From NCBI RefSeq assembly GCF_009914755.1, contig NC_060930.1: a DNA stretch of 64,000 bases. One strand, written 5' to 3'. This document shows, piece by piece, positions 37,764 to 50,472 of the stretch. The notes beneath the pieces were generated by a model, which did not search any database, was not told the origin of the DNA, and worked only from the letters and a program-made list of their open reading frames with translations. This stretch comes from the human T2T-CHM13v2.0 reference genome, Homo sapiens. The first letter of the stretch is position 1, and every line of letters starts with the position of its first letter. Made by a program: the position numbers and the translations under genes.

Positions 37764-38356
37764 TGTCCAGCGACAGGGTGTTCAGAGACGGGGTGTCCAG
37801 CGACAGGATGGGTCCGAGGGGACAGCGGCCGCCATGTCCAGCGACAGGATGGGTCCGAGGGGACAGCGGCCGCCATGTCCAGCGACAGGATGGGTCCGGG
37901 GGGACAGCGGCCGCCATGTCCAGCGACAGGATGGGTCCGGGGGGACAGCGGCCGCCATGTCCAGCGACAGGATGGGTCCGGGGGGACAGCGGCCGCCATG
38001 TCCAGCGACAGGGTGGGTCCGGAGGGACAGCGGCTGCCATGTCCAGCGACAGGATGGGTCCGGAGGGACAGCGGCCGCCATGTCCAGCGACAGGATGGGT
38101 CCGGAGGGACAGCGGCCGCCATGTCCAGCGACAGGATGGGTCCGGAGGGACAGCGGCCGCCATGTCCAGCGACAGGATGGGTCCGGAGGGACAGCGGCCG
38201 CCATGTCCAGCGACAGGGTGGGTCCGGAGGGACAGCGGCTGCCATGTCCAGCGACAGGGTGGGTCCGGAGGGACAGCGGCTGCCATGTCCAGCGACAGGG
38301 TGGGTCTGAGGGGACAGTGGCCGTGATGTCCAGCGACAGGGTGGGTCCGGGGGGAC
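37764..38356. repeat. CpG-rich VNTR, 41 bp unit, ~14 copies
   Basis: TGTCCAGCGACAGGATGGGTCCGGAGGGACAGCGGCCGCCA; 9 intact GCGGCCGC sites. Confidence 0.98.
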
Positions 38357-39254
38357 CTGCTCTTCCAAGACCACATCGTCATAATTCTGTGAACATTTAC
38401 ACTGAAAAACAAGTGTTTGACTGGCACCGATGCCTGGCACGGCTTCCCTCATTCATTCCCATGTGCACACCGGGCACCTCCTTCATGGCCTCAGCCTCCC
38501 TGGTCCCCGATTTGCACTGGACCTGTGACCAGGGCTTCCTCACCTGAAGATCGACCCGGTACCAGCCTCCGTCCTGCTCCCCCAGGCTCAGCCTCCCCAC
38601 AACCCAGTGGCCTCCCCCTCCCACGGCCCCCTCAGCCGGGCACCATCACACTCTTGGGTTCACATCGGGCCACCTCCTGGCTGGGCGGGATGAGCCCTGT
38701 GGGGCTGGGACGTGCACGTCAGCAAAGGAGCCAGCACCAGGCTGGTCTGGAGATGCTAACCCAGAGGTTCCTGGATCTGGCAGGCTGTGCGCGGCCCTCC
38801 TGGCCTGGCCGTGTCCTCAGCTGGTGCTGCAGCCCATCCTCTCTGATCCGCACAGACCTGTGGCCACCCTTGTGTGTGTCTGCGGCACATTTAAATTACA
38901 CATGAATTGAGAGAAGGACCTGCCCCGTGGACCTCTGCAGCCTCCACAGGACCTGCAGGTGCGGAGTGGTTCCTTTCTCATGGTGTCGAGGGCCAGCAGG
39001 CTGCACTCTGTCTCGCCACGCGAAGTGCCACAAATAGCCGATGTCTCCCCGCCCTTTCCTCAGCTGCTACTGCTGGGTTCTAACCTCCAACAGGCCAGCC
39101 CCAAACCAGGCCCCTGGCACCTGCTCAGGCCAGCCAGCCCGTCGGCCCCTCTGTGGGTGTCTGGTCTCAGGCCCTGACCTCTGGTGCTATGCCTCAGCAC
39201 CCAGAAATGCTCTGCACGCAGTGGTCCCCGGTCCACAAAATGCACCCCTGTATG

Positions 39255-39630
39255 TTCACACACATGCATGTGTTCCAATAATACACACTCACAAGCCTCA
39301 CATACACACATATGCCTATACAGTACACACAGGCACACACAATAAAACTCATACACACACATACACACACACATGACACACACAAGCACATACGTGCATA
39401 TACATTACACACATACAACACACACAAGAATGCAAACACACATATGCATATACATTACACACAGGCACACACAACACACTCATATGTACACACGTACACA
39501 ACACACAACACTCATGAGCACACACGCATATGCATATACATTACACACGGGCATACACAACACACATGCATACACACAGGTACACACAATAAAACTCACA
39601 TGCACACACATACACACACAACACACACAA
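39255..39630. repeat. Degenerate (CA)n-rich tract
   Basis: Directly visible. Confidence 0.92.
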
Positions 39631-40782
39631 GTATGAGACCCCACAGTCAACCAGATCGAAGTAAACGGACGATTGGATGGAGCGGAAATCCCCTATCACC
39701 CTCTGCTTTGAATAGTTTGCTATCTGCATGATTTAAAGGAAAACTGAAGCTCTTATTAGAATAAAGTAAAAATGATCATTTCTTACCTTAAAATATAAAC
39801 ACGTGTCTGTATGTCATGTGTGGCCTGTCAGGAAGATGATTTGCATTGTCGGTTTCTGAGTGTGCTTTACAGGAAATAAAGGATGAGGCCCCTTCACGTG
39901 ATGGGCTCCCGTCTTGCACGCTGGTTACCCCTTGGAGCTTCCCGTTTATGTGGATTGTGGCAGTGACTTGAAGTGGAGCCGAGTGTAGTGACCTCTTGTT
40001 AACGCCAGAGAGGTCTGTGGACCAGTGTGCTTTCTGCTCACATCGACTGAGAGTGCCACTGGGTAACAGCGGCATTCTCACTGAGTGTTTTCTTCATCAT
40101 ACAACTGCACCTCTGACGATCTCAGCCCACACAGTGGGAGGCGCTCCGAGGGCACGGGAAGCACCGGGCGACCTCAGGAGCTGCAGCGCCGCCAAGATGT
40201 TGGCCTCTTTTATTTCCTCACTTTCCCTTTTATATGGTTTTAGCTCTCACATTCTATTTAACTCTCTTTATAGCCATTTGCCATTGTGTGAGATGGCAGT
40301 TGCCTGCAATCTCCTGGGACTTGCTACTCTGGACGGAGGCTGAGCCCCTGAAGTCCACCCATCTATGACTCCTGGTCCACCCAGGCATTGGCCCTGCCTG
40401 GGGATCGTGCCTGAGTCTGCGCGGCCCTCTCCACTCAGAGCCGCCTCAGAGCCTCCTCCACAGCCCACGTAGCCCTGCCCCCTTTCCCTGGGATTTCGGG
40501 TGCAGTCGCAGGGTTAGGGGTGAGGGTTGGCCCCCCTCCAGGCAGGAGTGCCAAGTCCTTTCCAGTGCGGCTGCCCAGTCTACCGCGGACCTCAAGGTTT
40601 GGAGGCAAATGGCCCCACATCCCTCCTGACACCAGGACACCCAGACTTTCTGTTCCTGCAGGTCCCATGGGTGTCGGATGGGGCCTCAGGCTGAGCAGCG
40701 CATGTGGGTGCCCAGTTCATTTGTGAAACACCTTCTGTGTCCTCTGCAATCACCCTGCAGGGCTGTTCAGGGTCCTCGTGGG

Positions 40783-41210
40783 TGTGAGGTCTGCAGGACA
40801 GCGGCCCACAAGGTGCCCACGCCCATTCTCAGAACCTGAAATGTGTCACCTGTGTGGCAAGAGGGGCCGTGCAAATGCCATTAAATCGAGGACACTGAGC
40901 AGGGAGGTGTTGCCACATGATTCAGGGGGCCTGATGTCCTCACGGGCATCCATAAAAAGGAAAAGAGGGAGGTGGAGGGTCGGGCTGGCCAGAAGGCCAG
41001 GCACAGACCAGACAGAGGCTGGGGTAGAGCACAGAGAGGGTTTCTCCCAGGAGCCTCCAGAAGGAACCAGCCCTGCCCACTTCTGGATTTTCGCTCACAA
41101 AGACTTGGGCGGGATTTCTGACCTTGAGAACTGGAAGGAAATAAATTTGTGTTCTTTAAAGCCACTAAATTCATGGAAATTTGTTGCAGCAGCAAGAAGA
41201 AAGGACTCCG
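40783..41210 (+). mobile_element. MLT1 (D-like) solo LTR
   Basis: CAGAACCTGAAATGTGTCACCT...GAGCCTCCAGAAGGAACCAGCCCTGCC...ATAAATTTGTGTTCTTTAAAGCCACTAAATT...TTTGTTGCAGCAGCAA. Confidence 0.85.
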
Positions 41211-41294
41211 TTGCAGAAGAGGTCTGTAAAAAAGATCTTTGGTATCTATCATTTTTAGTTGCGTGTATTCCAAAATCTCCCAGTCTGAAATTTT

Positions 41295-41597
41295 TAAGAT
41301 GTTTTTTGATGAAGAAAAGTTTATAATTTAAATATGGTCAAATTACCAACATTCTATATTTAGCTTTCTTTAAGATAAGCTTTCCTATTTCAAGGAGTAA
41401 AAGATACTCACCTATATGGTGTAAATTAATGGAGAGATATATCATGTTCATAGATAGGAAATGACAATTTTAGCCAGTTTGAATCTATAGACTCAGCCCA
41501 ATTCAAATCAAAGTCCCAATAGAGTTTTCTATGGAGCTCAATGAGCTGATTCTCCAAGTGTGAGGAAAGAAGGATCCAGGGAAAGCCCATACTCCTT
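41295..41597. mobile_element. Old L1M ORF2 fragments in opposite orientations
   Basis: About 41295-41415 reads as minus-strand ORF2; about 41420-41597 (AATGGAGAGATATATCATGTTCATAGATAGGAA...AATCAAAGTCCCAATAGAG) reads as plus-strand. Confidence 0.55.
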
Positions 41598-41611
41598 GCT
41601 GTGGTGTTTAG

Positions 41612-42017
41612 GGGGGTGAAATTTTTGTGTCAACTTGACCGGGCCAAGAGGTGCCCAGATACTTGGTCAAGCATTATTCCAGTGTGTCTGTGAGGGTGTT
41701 GTTGCGGGAGACTGACATTTGAACCTGAGCATGAGAAAGGTGTGGGCCTTGGTGTGTCTGTGAGGGTGTTGCTGGGGGAGACTGATGTTTGAACCTGAGC
41801 GTGAGGAAGGTGTGGTGGGCCTCGTCTGAACAGTTGATGACCTGAATACGACAAAAGGGTTGAGAGACAGAACTGGGATGAGAACTGACGCCGGCAGCTC
41901 TCTGGGTTGCCACTGGCATATCTTGGACTTTGCCTCCATGACTCAGTGAACCAGCTCCTTATTGTCTATGTATATGTCCACTCCGTTCTGTTTCTCTGGA
42001 GAACCCAGGCTAATCCA
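41612..42017 (+). mobile_element. MLT2 (C/D-like) solo LTR with a 70 bp internal duplication
   Basis: TGTGTCAACTTGACCGGGCCAAGAGGTGCCCAGATA...TTCTGTTTCTCTGGAGAACCC; duplicated units at 41682 and 41752. Confidence 0.85.
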
Positions 42018-42864
42018 GTGTTCCAGTTTCTGCAGGTTTCTGAGGTACCACCCCACCCTTCCTCTGTGCCCCACACGCCTCTCAGAACACTGATCAGGCC
42101 CAAGTCACCAGGGATCTGGGAAATGCAGGAAGGATGGGGGAATGAGCTCTGTGAATTCACGCAGAATGCTGAATGCATAATTTATCACCCTAAGTAAAGA
42201 CATCCTCAGATACAAAGGGCATAGAGTTGAGCATCCCAGTGAGACGTACACCCTTAGCCTCCTCCCCGCAGCCCGTCCAGGACAGGAAGTACGAGGAAAG
42301 CCTTCTGCGGTGCCTGCAGCGGGCGGGTGGCTTCCTGTCCCAGACTGAGGTGCCTGTCCCAGATCTCGGGGGCAGCCCCACAGGCATGGCCGGCAGAGCC
42401 GCGGGACAGGCCCCCCTCTACAGAGGCCGCTCAGGGTGTTTTCTCTGCCAGGCCCCAGCCAGGGTGAGGAAGCAGAAATGACCTACTTTCCCTCTGGTGA
42501 TTTGCTATCCTGATGGCCTCTCCCTGTGGAAGAGATGCAGAGGCCAAGGTGAAGGACAGCGGCTCCCTCCAGCACCCGGCCAGGCGGGCCATGGGCCAAG
42601 CAGGTGGGCCCTCTGCCCCAGGGGTTCCGGGTGTGCCGGGTGGTGTGGGAGAGGCCTCTGCTCCTTCTGAGCTGCAGAGAGTGGGGCTGGTCTGAGGCCG
42701 CCCTGCCTCTAGGCCATCCCTGCCAGTCTTGTCTGCAGCCCCGTTGCCAGGGCGCAGTCCTAGACAACCTGTCACATGCCTGAGGTCAGAGGTCAGGGTT
42801 GCTCCTAGGTTCTGAAGCCTTGGACCAGGGGACCGGCCGGAGCTTCTGTGCCTGAGAATGCTGA

Positions 42865-43240
<376 letters not shown>

Positions 43241-44669
43241 CCCCATCAAGGTCTTCTTAAGTAAAATGGAGCAGGCGTCTGAAGCTTCACCACCCAAGGA
43301 CCCGACTGTCTCAGAAACGACCCCTGGAGGCCGAGGACCCGAGTCCCACAGCCACTCCCTCACCCTGGCCTTGTGCCCCATGGTTTTCTCTCTTTCCTGT
43401 GAGTCCCACAGCCCAGCCTGACCAGGTTGCAGCCCTGGGCTGGGCCACATCCTGGTGAAATCCCCCTGATCCTGACAGTGCTGTTTAAAATGGAGAAAAC
43501 ATGGGTTTGTCAGCAAATGGACAGTTCTGGGAGTGACAGTACGTTCCCATGCGGATAAGGTGTCTGTCTGTATCCCTCCTTGCCCCTCTGTGCCGGCTCG
43601 AGCTAAGCTGTCCTGGTGTGGCCCCTTGGCATTAGCCTCTGAGCTGTCTCCACGGCCTGACCGTGCCCTAACTCTGAACATGAAGGGGAACAGTCCCCCG
43701 GGGCCAGCCGGGACAAAGCAAAGTGGTGCTGAGAGTGGGGGCGGCAGCTGCTTTAAGCTCGGTGGGTTTGCCGATAGGACAATGCATGCCAAGCAGCTGG
43801 GGATGGAGCTGCAGGCCCCTCCAAGCCCCTGCCCTTCACTGCTGGGTGGGAGACTAGAAGGCCGCATCACCCAGTGTCTGTGGCCAGAAGCTCCAGCCAT
43901 GGGTGTGACCCTGAGTGGTGGCTCAGCCCAGGTGCTGAAGGCTCTGGGCCCTGTGGGGTGATCCAGGAGCAGGGGCCTTTGTGGACAAGGGCACCAGCCT
44001 GCGCGGTGAAGCTCAACCACAAACGTGTTTTGAAGGAGGGAGCCACTCCTCCACCAGCCTTTCCAACTGAGCATCCATGTGGGTGCACCTGCCCTGGTGG
44101 CCTTCCGAGCCCCGTGGTCACAGCCTCTCCTGGGGACCAGCTCTTCAGAGAACATCTCAGGAGCCTGACAGCACTGCCGTCCTGTGGCCCCGTCAGGACC
44201 CTGAGCCACAGGCCCAAACAGAATTCTGTGGGCTTAGCTCCCTGCTGGCTCCCTGCAGACGCCTCTAACAAGGCCTGTAAATGATGTTTCTTTGAATCAG
44301 GCTTGTGTGGCGTGCTAAAGTGCATTAACTTTTATTTATGTTACAGTATTAAAAACAGATGAAACATCAATCGATCCATTGGGGTGCCCTTTGGGAGTTA
44401 CAGACAAAATAATTTGAAAGATCTTTTTTAAAAATGTGTTTGAATTGAAGCTCCAGATGGTGCTTAAAGATGTGTTGGAGGGTTCTGTATAACTCAGAAG
44501 GAAGAACAAAGACAAAACAACAACAACAACAAAAGAGATGCACGAGTGAGTGTGTGTGCGGCTTCGTTTATGCCGAGGACTCTAATGCAGAGAACACAAA
44601 CTCTGCAGGCACAGAGTCCAGACCCACACCCAGCACCCGGTGCCTCCCTGCTCCGCTGTTCCCAGGCCT

Positions 44670-44843
44670 TAACAGTGAACCTCAGCGTTCGCCTTTGTAA
44701 ATGGAGAAAGCCATCTCTTTTGTAGGGTATGGGGGCCCTCAAAGAGATAGTGTCTACCTAAAAAGAAGGAATGCTGTTAGACCTGACTTGAGGCTAGAGA
44801 TGCTGTAAAGGAGCTCAGCACACAGTAAATGCTCAGTAAGTGT
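44670..44843 (+). mobile_element. MIR remnant
   Basis: GAACCTCAG...TGTAAATGGAG core and CACACAGTAAATGCTCAGTAAGTGTT tail. Confidence 0.45.
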
Positions 44844-44919
44844 TTTCCATTCTTTCCAGCAGGACCACTCACTGCAGGTCTTATATTTGCCTAAGAAATT
44901 ACTGAATGCTTGTCCCACA

Positions 44920-47030
44920 AAGAAAATTGTTGGAACTCATAAATGAATTTGGCAAAGTTTCAAGATACAAAATCAACAAACATCAGTTGTGTTTCTATAC
45001 AAGAACAATGCATAATCCAAAAAGGAAACCAGGAAAAGGATCCAGGTTCAAGAGCATCGAAAAGGAATAAAATACCTAAAAACGAACTTAACCAAGGAGG
45101 TGAAAGACTTGTACATTGAAAACTACAGGACATTTCTAAACGAAATTGAAGAAGGCACAAATAAATGGAAAGGCATCCTGTGTTCACTTAGTATTGTTAA
45201 GATATTCACAACATGCAAAGCAGTCTCTAGGAATTCTATAAAATCCCTACCAAAATCCCAATGGCATTTTGTGCAAATGAAAAAAATTAATCCTAAAATT
45301 CATACATAAAGTCTCAAGGGACCCTGATTAGCCAAAACAATCTTGAAAATAAAAAAGAAAGATGACTCACATTTTCTGATTTCAAAACTTACTACAAAGA
45401 TATAGTAATCAAATGGTGTGGTACTGGCAGAAAAAAAAGACAGATATATAGAGCAACAGACTAGAATAGAGGGCTCAGAAATGCACATCTGTGGCTAAAT
45501 GACTTTAACTCACGCATCAAGACCACTCCATGAGGAAAGGATGACCTCTTCAAATGATGCTGGGAAACCTGGCTGTCCATATGCAACAGAATGAAGCTAG
45601 ACACTTACCTTACACTATGAACAAAAATTAACTCAAAATAGGTCGAAGACCTAAATGCAAGACCCAACATTGTAAATGTCTTAAAAGAAAACATAAAGGA
45701 AAGTTTTATAACATTGGATTTGTCACGAATTTCCTGCCTGTGACACCAAAAGCACAGACAATAAAAGCAAAAATAGACAAATGGAACTACATTAAAATTT
45801 TAAAACTTCTGTACATCAAAGGACACAATTGACAGAGGAAAGGCAACCTATGGATGGGAGAAAATATTTGGAAATCGTGTATCTGGCAAGGGGTTAATAT
45901 CCAGAACATTTACAGGACTCCTAAAATTCAATAACAAAAACCAAATGACCCAATTTAGAAACGGGCGAGGGACTTGAGTAGACATTTCTCTATTTCTCTA
46001 AAGCTGGTATACAAATGGCCAGCAAATACATGAAAGGAAGCTCAACACCACTAAACATGAGGGAAATGCTAATCAAAAACATAATGAGATATCACCTCAC
46101 ATGCAGTAGGGTGACCACTATCAACAAAAGTTAAAAATTGTTGGCAAAGGTGAAGAGGAATTGGAACCCTTGTTCCCTGTGAGCAGGAAGGTCAAATGGT
46201 GCAGCTGCTGTGGAAAACCCTAAGGCAATTCCTCACAAAATAAACATAAAATTAGCATATTGTTCAGCAATCCCCCTTCTGGGTGTATATGCAAAAGAAT
46301 TGAAGGCAGAGTCATGAAGAGATATTCATAGAATCCAGCAGCATTATTTACAATGGTAAAAATGTGGAAGCAACCCAAGGGTCCATCAACAGATCAACGG
46401 ATAAACAAAATGTGTGTGTGTTGTGTGTGTGTTGTGTATGTGTTGTGTGTGTTGTGTATGTGTTGTGTATGTGTGTGGTGTATTGTGTCATGTGTGTATG
46501 TGTGTTGTGTGTGGTGTATGAGTGTGTGTGTTTTGTGTTGTGTGTGTGTCGTGTGTTGTGTATGTGTTGTGTGTGTGTTGTGTGTTGTGTATGTGTTGTG
46601 TGTGTGTTGTGTTGTGTTGTGTGTTATGTGTGTTGTGTGTGGTGTATGCGTGTGTGTGTTGTGTGTATGTGTGTGTTGTGTGTGTGTGTACACACAGTGG
46701 AACAGCACTCAGCCTCAAAAGGAAGGAAATTCCAACACATGCTACAACATGGACGACGTTTGAGGGCACCATGCTCAGTGGAATAAGCCAGCCACAGAAA
46801 GCCAAGTCCTGCATGACCCCACTTCATGAGGTCCCTAGAAGAGTCACATCCCAGAGAGGGAAAGCAGGAAGGTGGGTATGGGGGCAGGGGAAGCAGCAGG
46901 GACTGAGTGTTTAATGGGGGCGGAGGTGAAAAGGCTCTGGACTAGCTGCACAACAGTGTGGATTTACGTAACACTAAGGAGCTGAACACCTAGAAATGGC
47001 TAAGATCATCCATGCTGTGGGGTGTCCTAC
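44920..47030 (+). mobile_element. 5'-truncated L1MB (ORF2 3' half plus 3' UTR)
   Basis: Continuous ORF2 homology (KDLYIENYRTFLNEIEEGTNKWKGILCS) with many stops; L1MB-type 3' UTR. Confidence 0.92.
46411..46695. repeat. TG/TTG compound microsatellite inside L1
   Basis: Directly visible; lies between GGATAAACAAAATGTG and ACACAGTGGAA. Confidence 0.95.
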
Positions 47031-48074
47031 TGAAGAATTACCCTGGCCCCCGAGGACCTCACCACTGGGCAAGGGTAAGAAGTGGGTGCTGATGAGAGCA
47101 GTGGGCACTGGGCACTTGCCCTGAGGTTGGTGTTTCCAGGCAGGCCTGATGGCTGCCAGGACAGCACCCAGTCCTTGGCTCCTTGTGGAGCCTCCCCTCT
47201 CATGGCCTGGGGTGACCCAATTCCAACAGATGAACTGCATCTCCAAGCAACCGTAAGAAGCACTCTTTGTGAATGCGTGCATGTGACTTGCTGGGAGTGT
47301 GTTTCCAAACGTACCCAGGGAGAAACAAAATAAATTTTAGAGGTTCTTCTAAGTCTCTGGACTGGCATTATAGCCAGACGCTGTGGTCACTGTCTCCTGA
47401 GCCTTCGCCATGCCTACAGACTTTGAGGAAGTTTGAGAACCAGCAACATCATCCCAACATTGCCGAGTCATCTCCCAGGAACCAGGATACCTCTTCTTGG
47501 CTGGAGAGACTTTTGCTGGACAGAAAAGTGGTTCCCTCACCATCAAGGTGCTGAGCAGGTGGGTGCCCTACCCAAGCCGCCTGGAATTCTCGAAGGCTGG
47601 AACTCTCCATGGCTGGAACCACACTTGTGTATGAGGCATGGATTCTTCTGCCTCTGCTCTGCCTGTCTCTTCCACTTCCTCAGCAACACCACAAGAGTGA
47701 CTCACAACCCCCAGCCCCTGGCCAGAGGCCTGGCACCGATGGCTCCCACCTCAGGGAGCCCCTGGGGGCAGGAACATCTTGGTGCAGGGACGTTCGGTAA
47801 GCTCTGGACACTCCACCGGGACACATCTGCCTGGAGCCAGCCCATTCCATGGAGGGGACGGTTGGGTGCACATGAACCCCTCGTCTATTTGAAAGTGTGG
47901 AACGATCTAGAGCAGGCAGTCAGGAAACAGTTTTCTAACGAGTGAGAGAACGAGACAGGAAAGTGGATGGTGAGTGTTAGTGGAGTCAGGTTTGTCAGAA
48001 ATTGAGTTACTTCCCCCTTCTCCTTACCTTAGACAAACTGAAGTGAAAAGTAGTTTGTCTTAGCTATACAAAAA

Positions 48075-48076
<2 letters not shown>

Positions 48077-48105
<29 letters not shown>
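48077..48105. repeat. Poly(T) tract (~29 nt)
   Basis: Directly visible. Confidence 0.95.
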
Positions 48106-48107
<2 letters not shown>

Positions 48108-49182
48108 AAAATTCACTCATCTCTTTATTCATTCATGAATCAAATCTTTCCTAGGGTGTATTTCTCTCCAGGGCCTTGTACTGTGTTGGGGACCCCCAGA
48201 AGAAAGTGATGTGGGGTCCTTCCTTCCTTGGGCCACAGACGATGTGAACCAGAATGGTCACAGCTGCAAAACCACCCCTCTCCAAATGCACGTTTCAACT
48301 GACAAGGCCAAAAGTGTGGCCTTGGAGAGATCCTGCAGCCACAGGATGAGATGTGACTCCCAGGAAAGGACCGCTGTGACCAGCGAGTCTGTGCGTCTGC
48401 AGGCTGGGTCCCTGTGTCCTCCACATCCTCCTCCCCAGCAGCTCCCTCACCCATGGGATGGAGATTTGCGAGGGCCAAGTCAACGCCTGTGCAGCCACCA
48501 GTGGGCTGAGACAGGACTAATGTGAGGGCACTGCAGTTTTAAAAGTTTAATTGGAAATCAAAATGGAAATTTAGGAAACAGGAAATAAGACCAGGAGGAG
48601 GCCCAGAAGTTCTGTTTGGTGGATGCAGGGCTCCTGAGAATGCAAAGCTAGGTACGAAGGGAAGAGGAAAAGACAGTGTGGAGCATCCAAAGTGGCCACC
48701 TCGGGCTTGTGGTGGTGTTGATTTCTCATGTTCTATATTTTTCATATTTTCTAATATTTTTACAGGGCATTCTTGTGATATAAGGAGGACATTACAAAAA
48801 AATCATACATTTTTAAAATAAAGACAAAAAATGTGTTCAAAGAAGTGACAAGCGTAGCCCCTTTTTGTGTTCTGAAAAAGCTCAGTGCATGGCAAGCTTC
48901 TGAGTCCCTGTCTCTGTATGAACAAAGGTCTTGGTGTTTTAGAAGGCAAGGTAGACTCCTACTGTTCGTATTCTTGTGCATCCAATGTAAACTTTGTATT
49001 CTACCTAAGGCTTGTACAAATCACTGTGCTTTGCTCTGAAGTGGCCCAGAGAAAGTCTGGATGTTTCAGGGCCTTTAAGATGAGTGAAGTAACAAGGTCT
49101 TGCCACACACTCAGCCCATTTAACATTTATGTTTCCAAAACATATTCTGAATCGCTGAGCTTGAGAATGAAGTGACTCAAGG

Positions 49183-49870
49183 TATAAACCAAAAATAAGA
49201 TTCTAAGCCCCCACAAGGCTCTAAATGGGCCCCTTCTCTCAGCCACGGGCATTCCGAAGTTAACCTGAAAAATTCCTTCAGGCCGTGACAGGAAGTGGGG
49301 GTCAGACATTTCTCATTATACCACACAACCGCTGGAACCCAGGAAAAGCTGACCAGCAAGAACACCGTGACAGGAAGTGGGGGTCAGATGCCTCATTATA
49401 CCCCCAAACGCTGGAACTCAGAAAAGCTGACCAGCAAGAACATCAGCACAGACCTTAAGCCTAATAGGAAGCATTTACAATCTCTTCTCTCTGCAGCCTG
49501 CTACTTGGAGGCTTCGTCTGCATGAGAAAACCTTGGTCTCCACAACCTCTTATCTTAGTCCAGACACTGCCTTCCTATGGATTCTAAGTTTTTAGATAAT
49601 AACAACTCTTTCAACCAATTGCCAATCAGAAAATCTTTGAATCCACCTATGATTGGAAGCCCCCCACTGCCCCTTGACTTCCCATTGTCCTGCCTTTCCA
49701 GACTGAAGCAATGTGCACCTGATGTGTATTGACCGATGCCTTACAACTCCCTAAAATGGACACATGTTCTCAGGACCTCCTCAGGCTGTGTCTCAGGCTG
49801 TGGTCACTCATATTTGACTCAGAATAAATCTCTTCAAATATTTTACAGATTTTGACTCTTTTTATTGATA
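49183..49870 (+). mobile_element. MER4-family (ERV1) solo LTR with an ~82 bp internal duplication
   Basis: TATAAACCAAAAATAAGATTCTAAGCCCCC...CTCAGAATAAATCTCTTCAAATATTTTACAGA; duplicated units at 49283 and 49365. Confidence 0.88.
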
Positions 49871-50472
49871 AGGCATTCCTGCTTCTCGGGCTCCAAGTCA
49901 ACACTGAACAGCCTTGGAAGCTCTGCCTTTGGGTGATGGCTCCGAATCTCTCATCCTCATCACAGAGCACCAGGCCAGTTGGGTCGCCAGTGCCCAGCCT
50001 CCTCCCTGCACGCAGTTCAAGCAGTGAGTCTCAGAAAAGCACATACTGCTGCCAGCTTTAGATGCTAACAGAGGAGCCAGGGCCATCTGTGAACAGCAAA
50101 CTCACTTCCAGCCAGAGGCATGGCTCACACCGGATTCCTGCTGGGTGTACCTGCCTGGCCACAGTCAACAGCTCTGGCCATGTCGAATGCCCCATGTCCC
50201 TCTGCTTGCGCTGTTGCGGGGGGGGGGGGGGGTTCCTGCTGCTGTCCCCCTGGAGGCAACCTTGCTGTCTCTCCTAGGTGGTTCCCAGAGGTGACAAAAC
50301 CAATGAGGCCAGGGTTGGCAAGATGGGAAGGAGGATGGGTGGGGCCCTTGCCCCATGCAACTCTCACCCCCCACCAAGACCACCTGCACTGCAGCAGCCC
50401 AATGTTGCCATCCCCAGCAGTGGGCCTGGAGTGGCTTAGGCAGGGACCCCAGCCATCCCCTCCTTCTCACCT

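Noticed and set aside
37288-38547. Long ORFs (187-379 aa) on both strands
   Set aside because: Products of the stop-poor 41 bp VNTR
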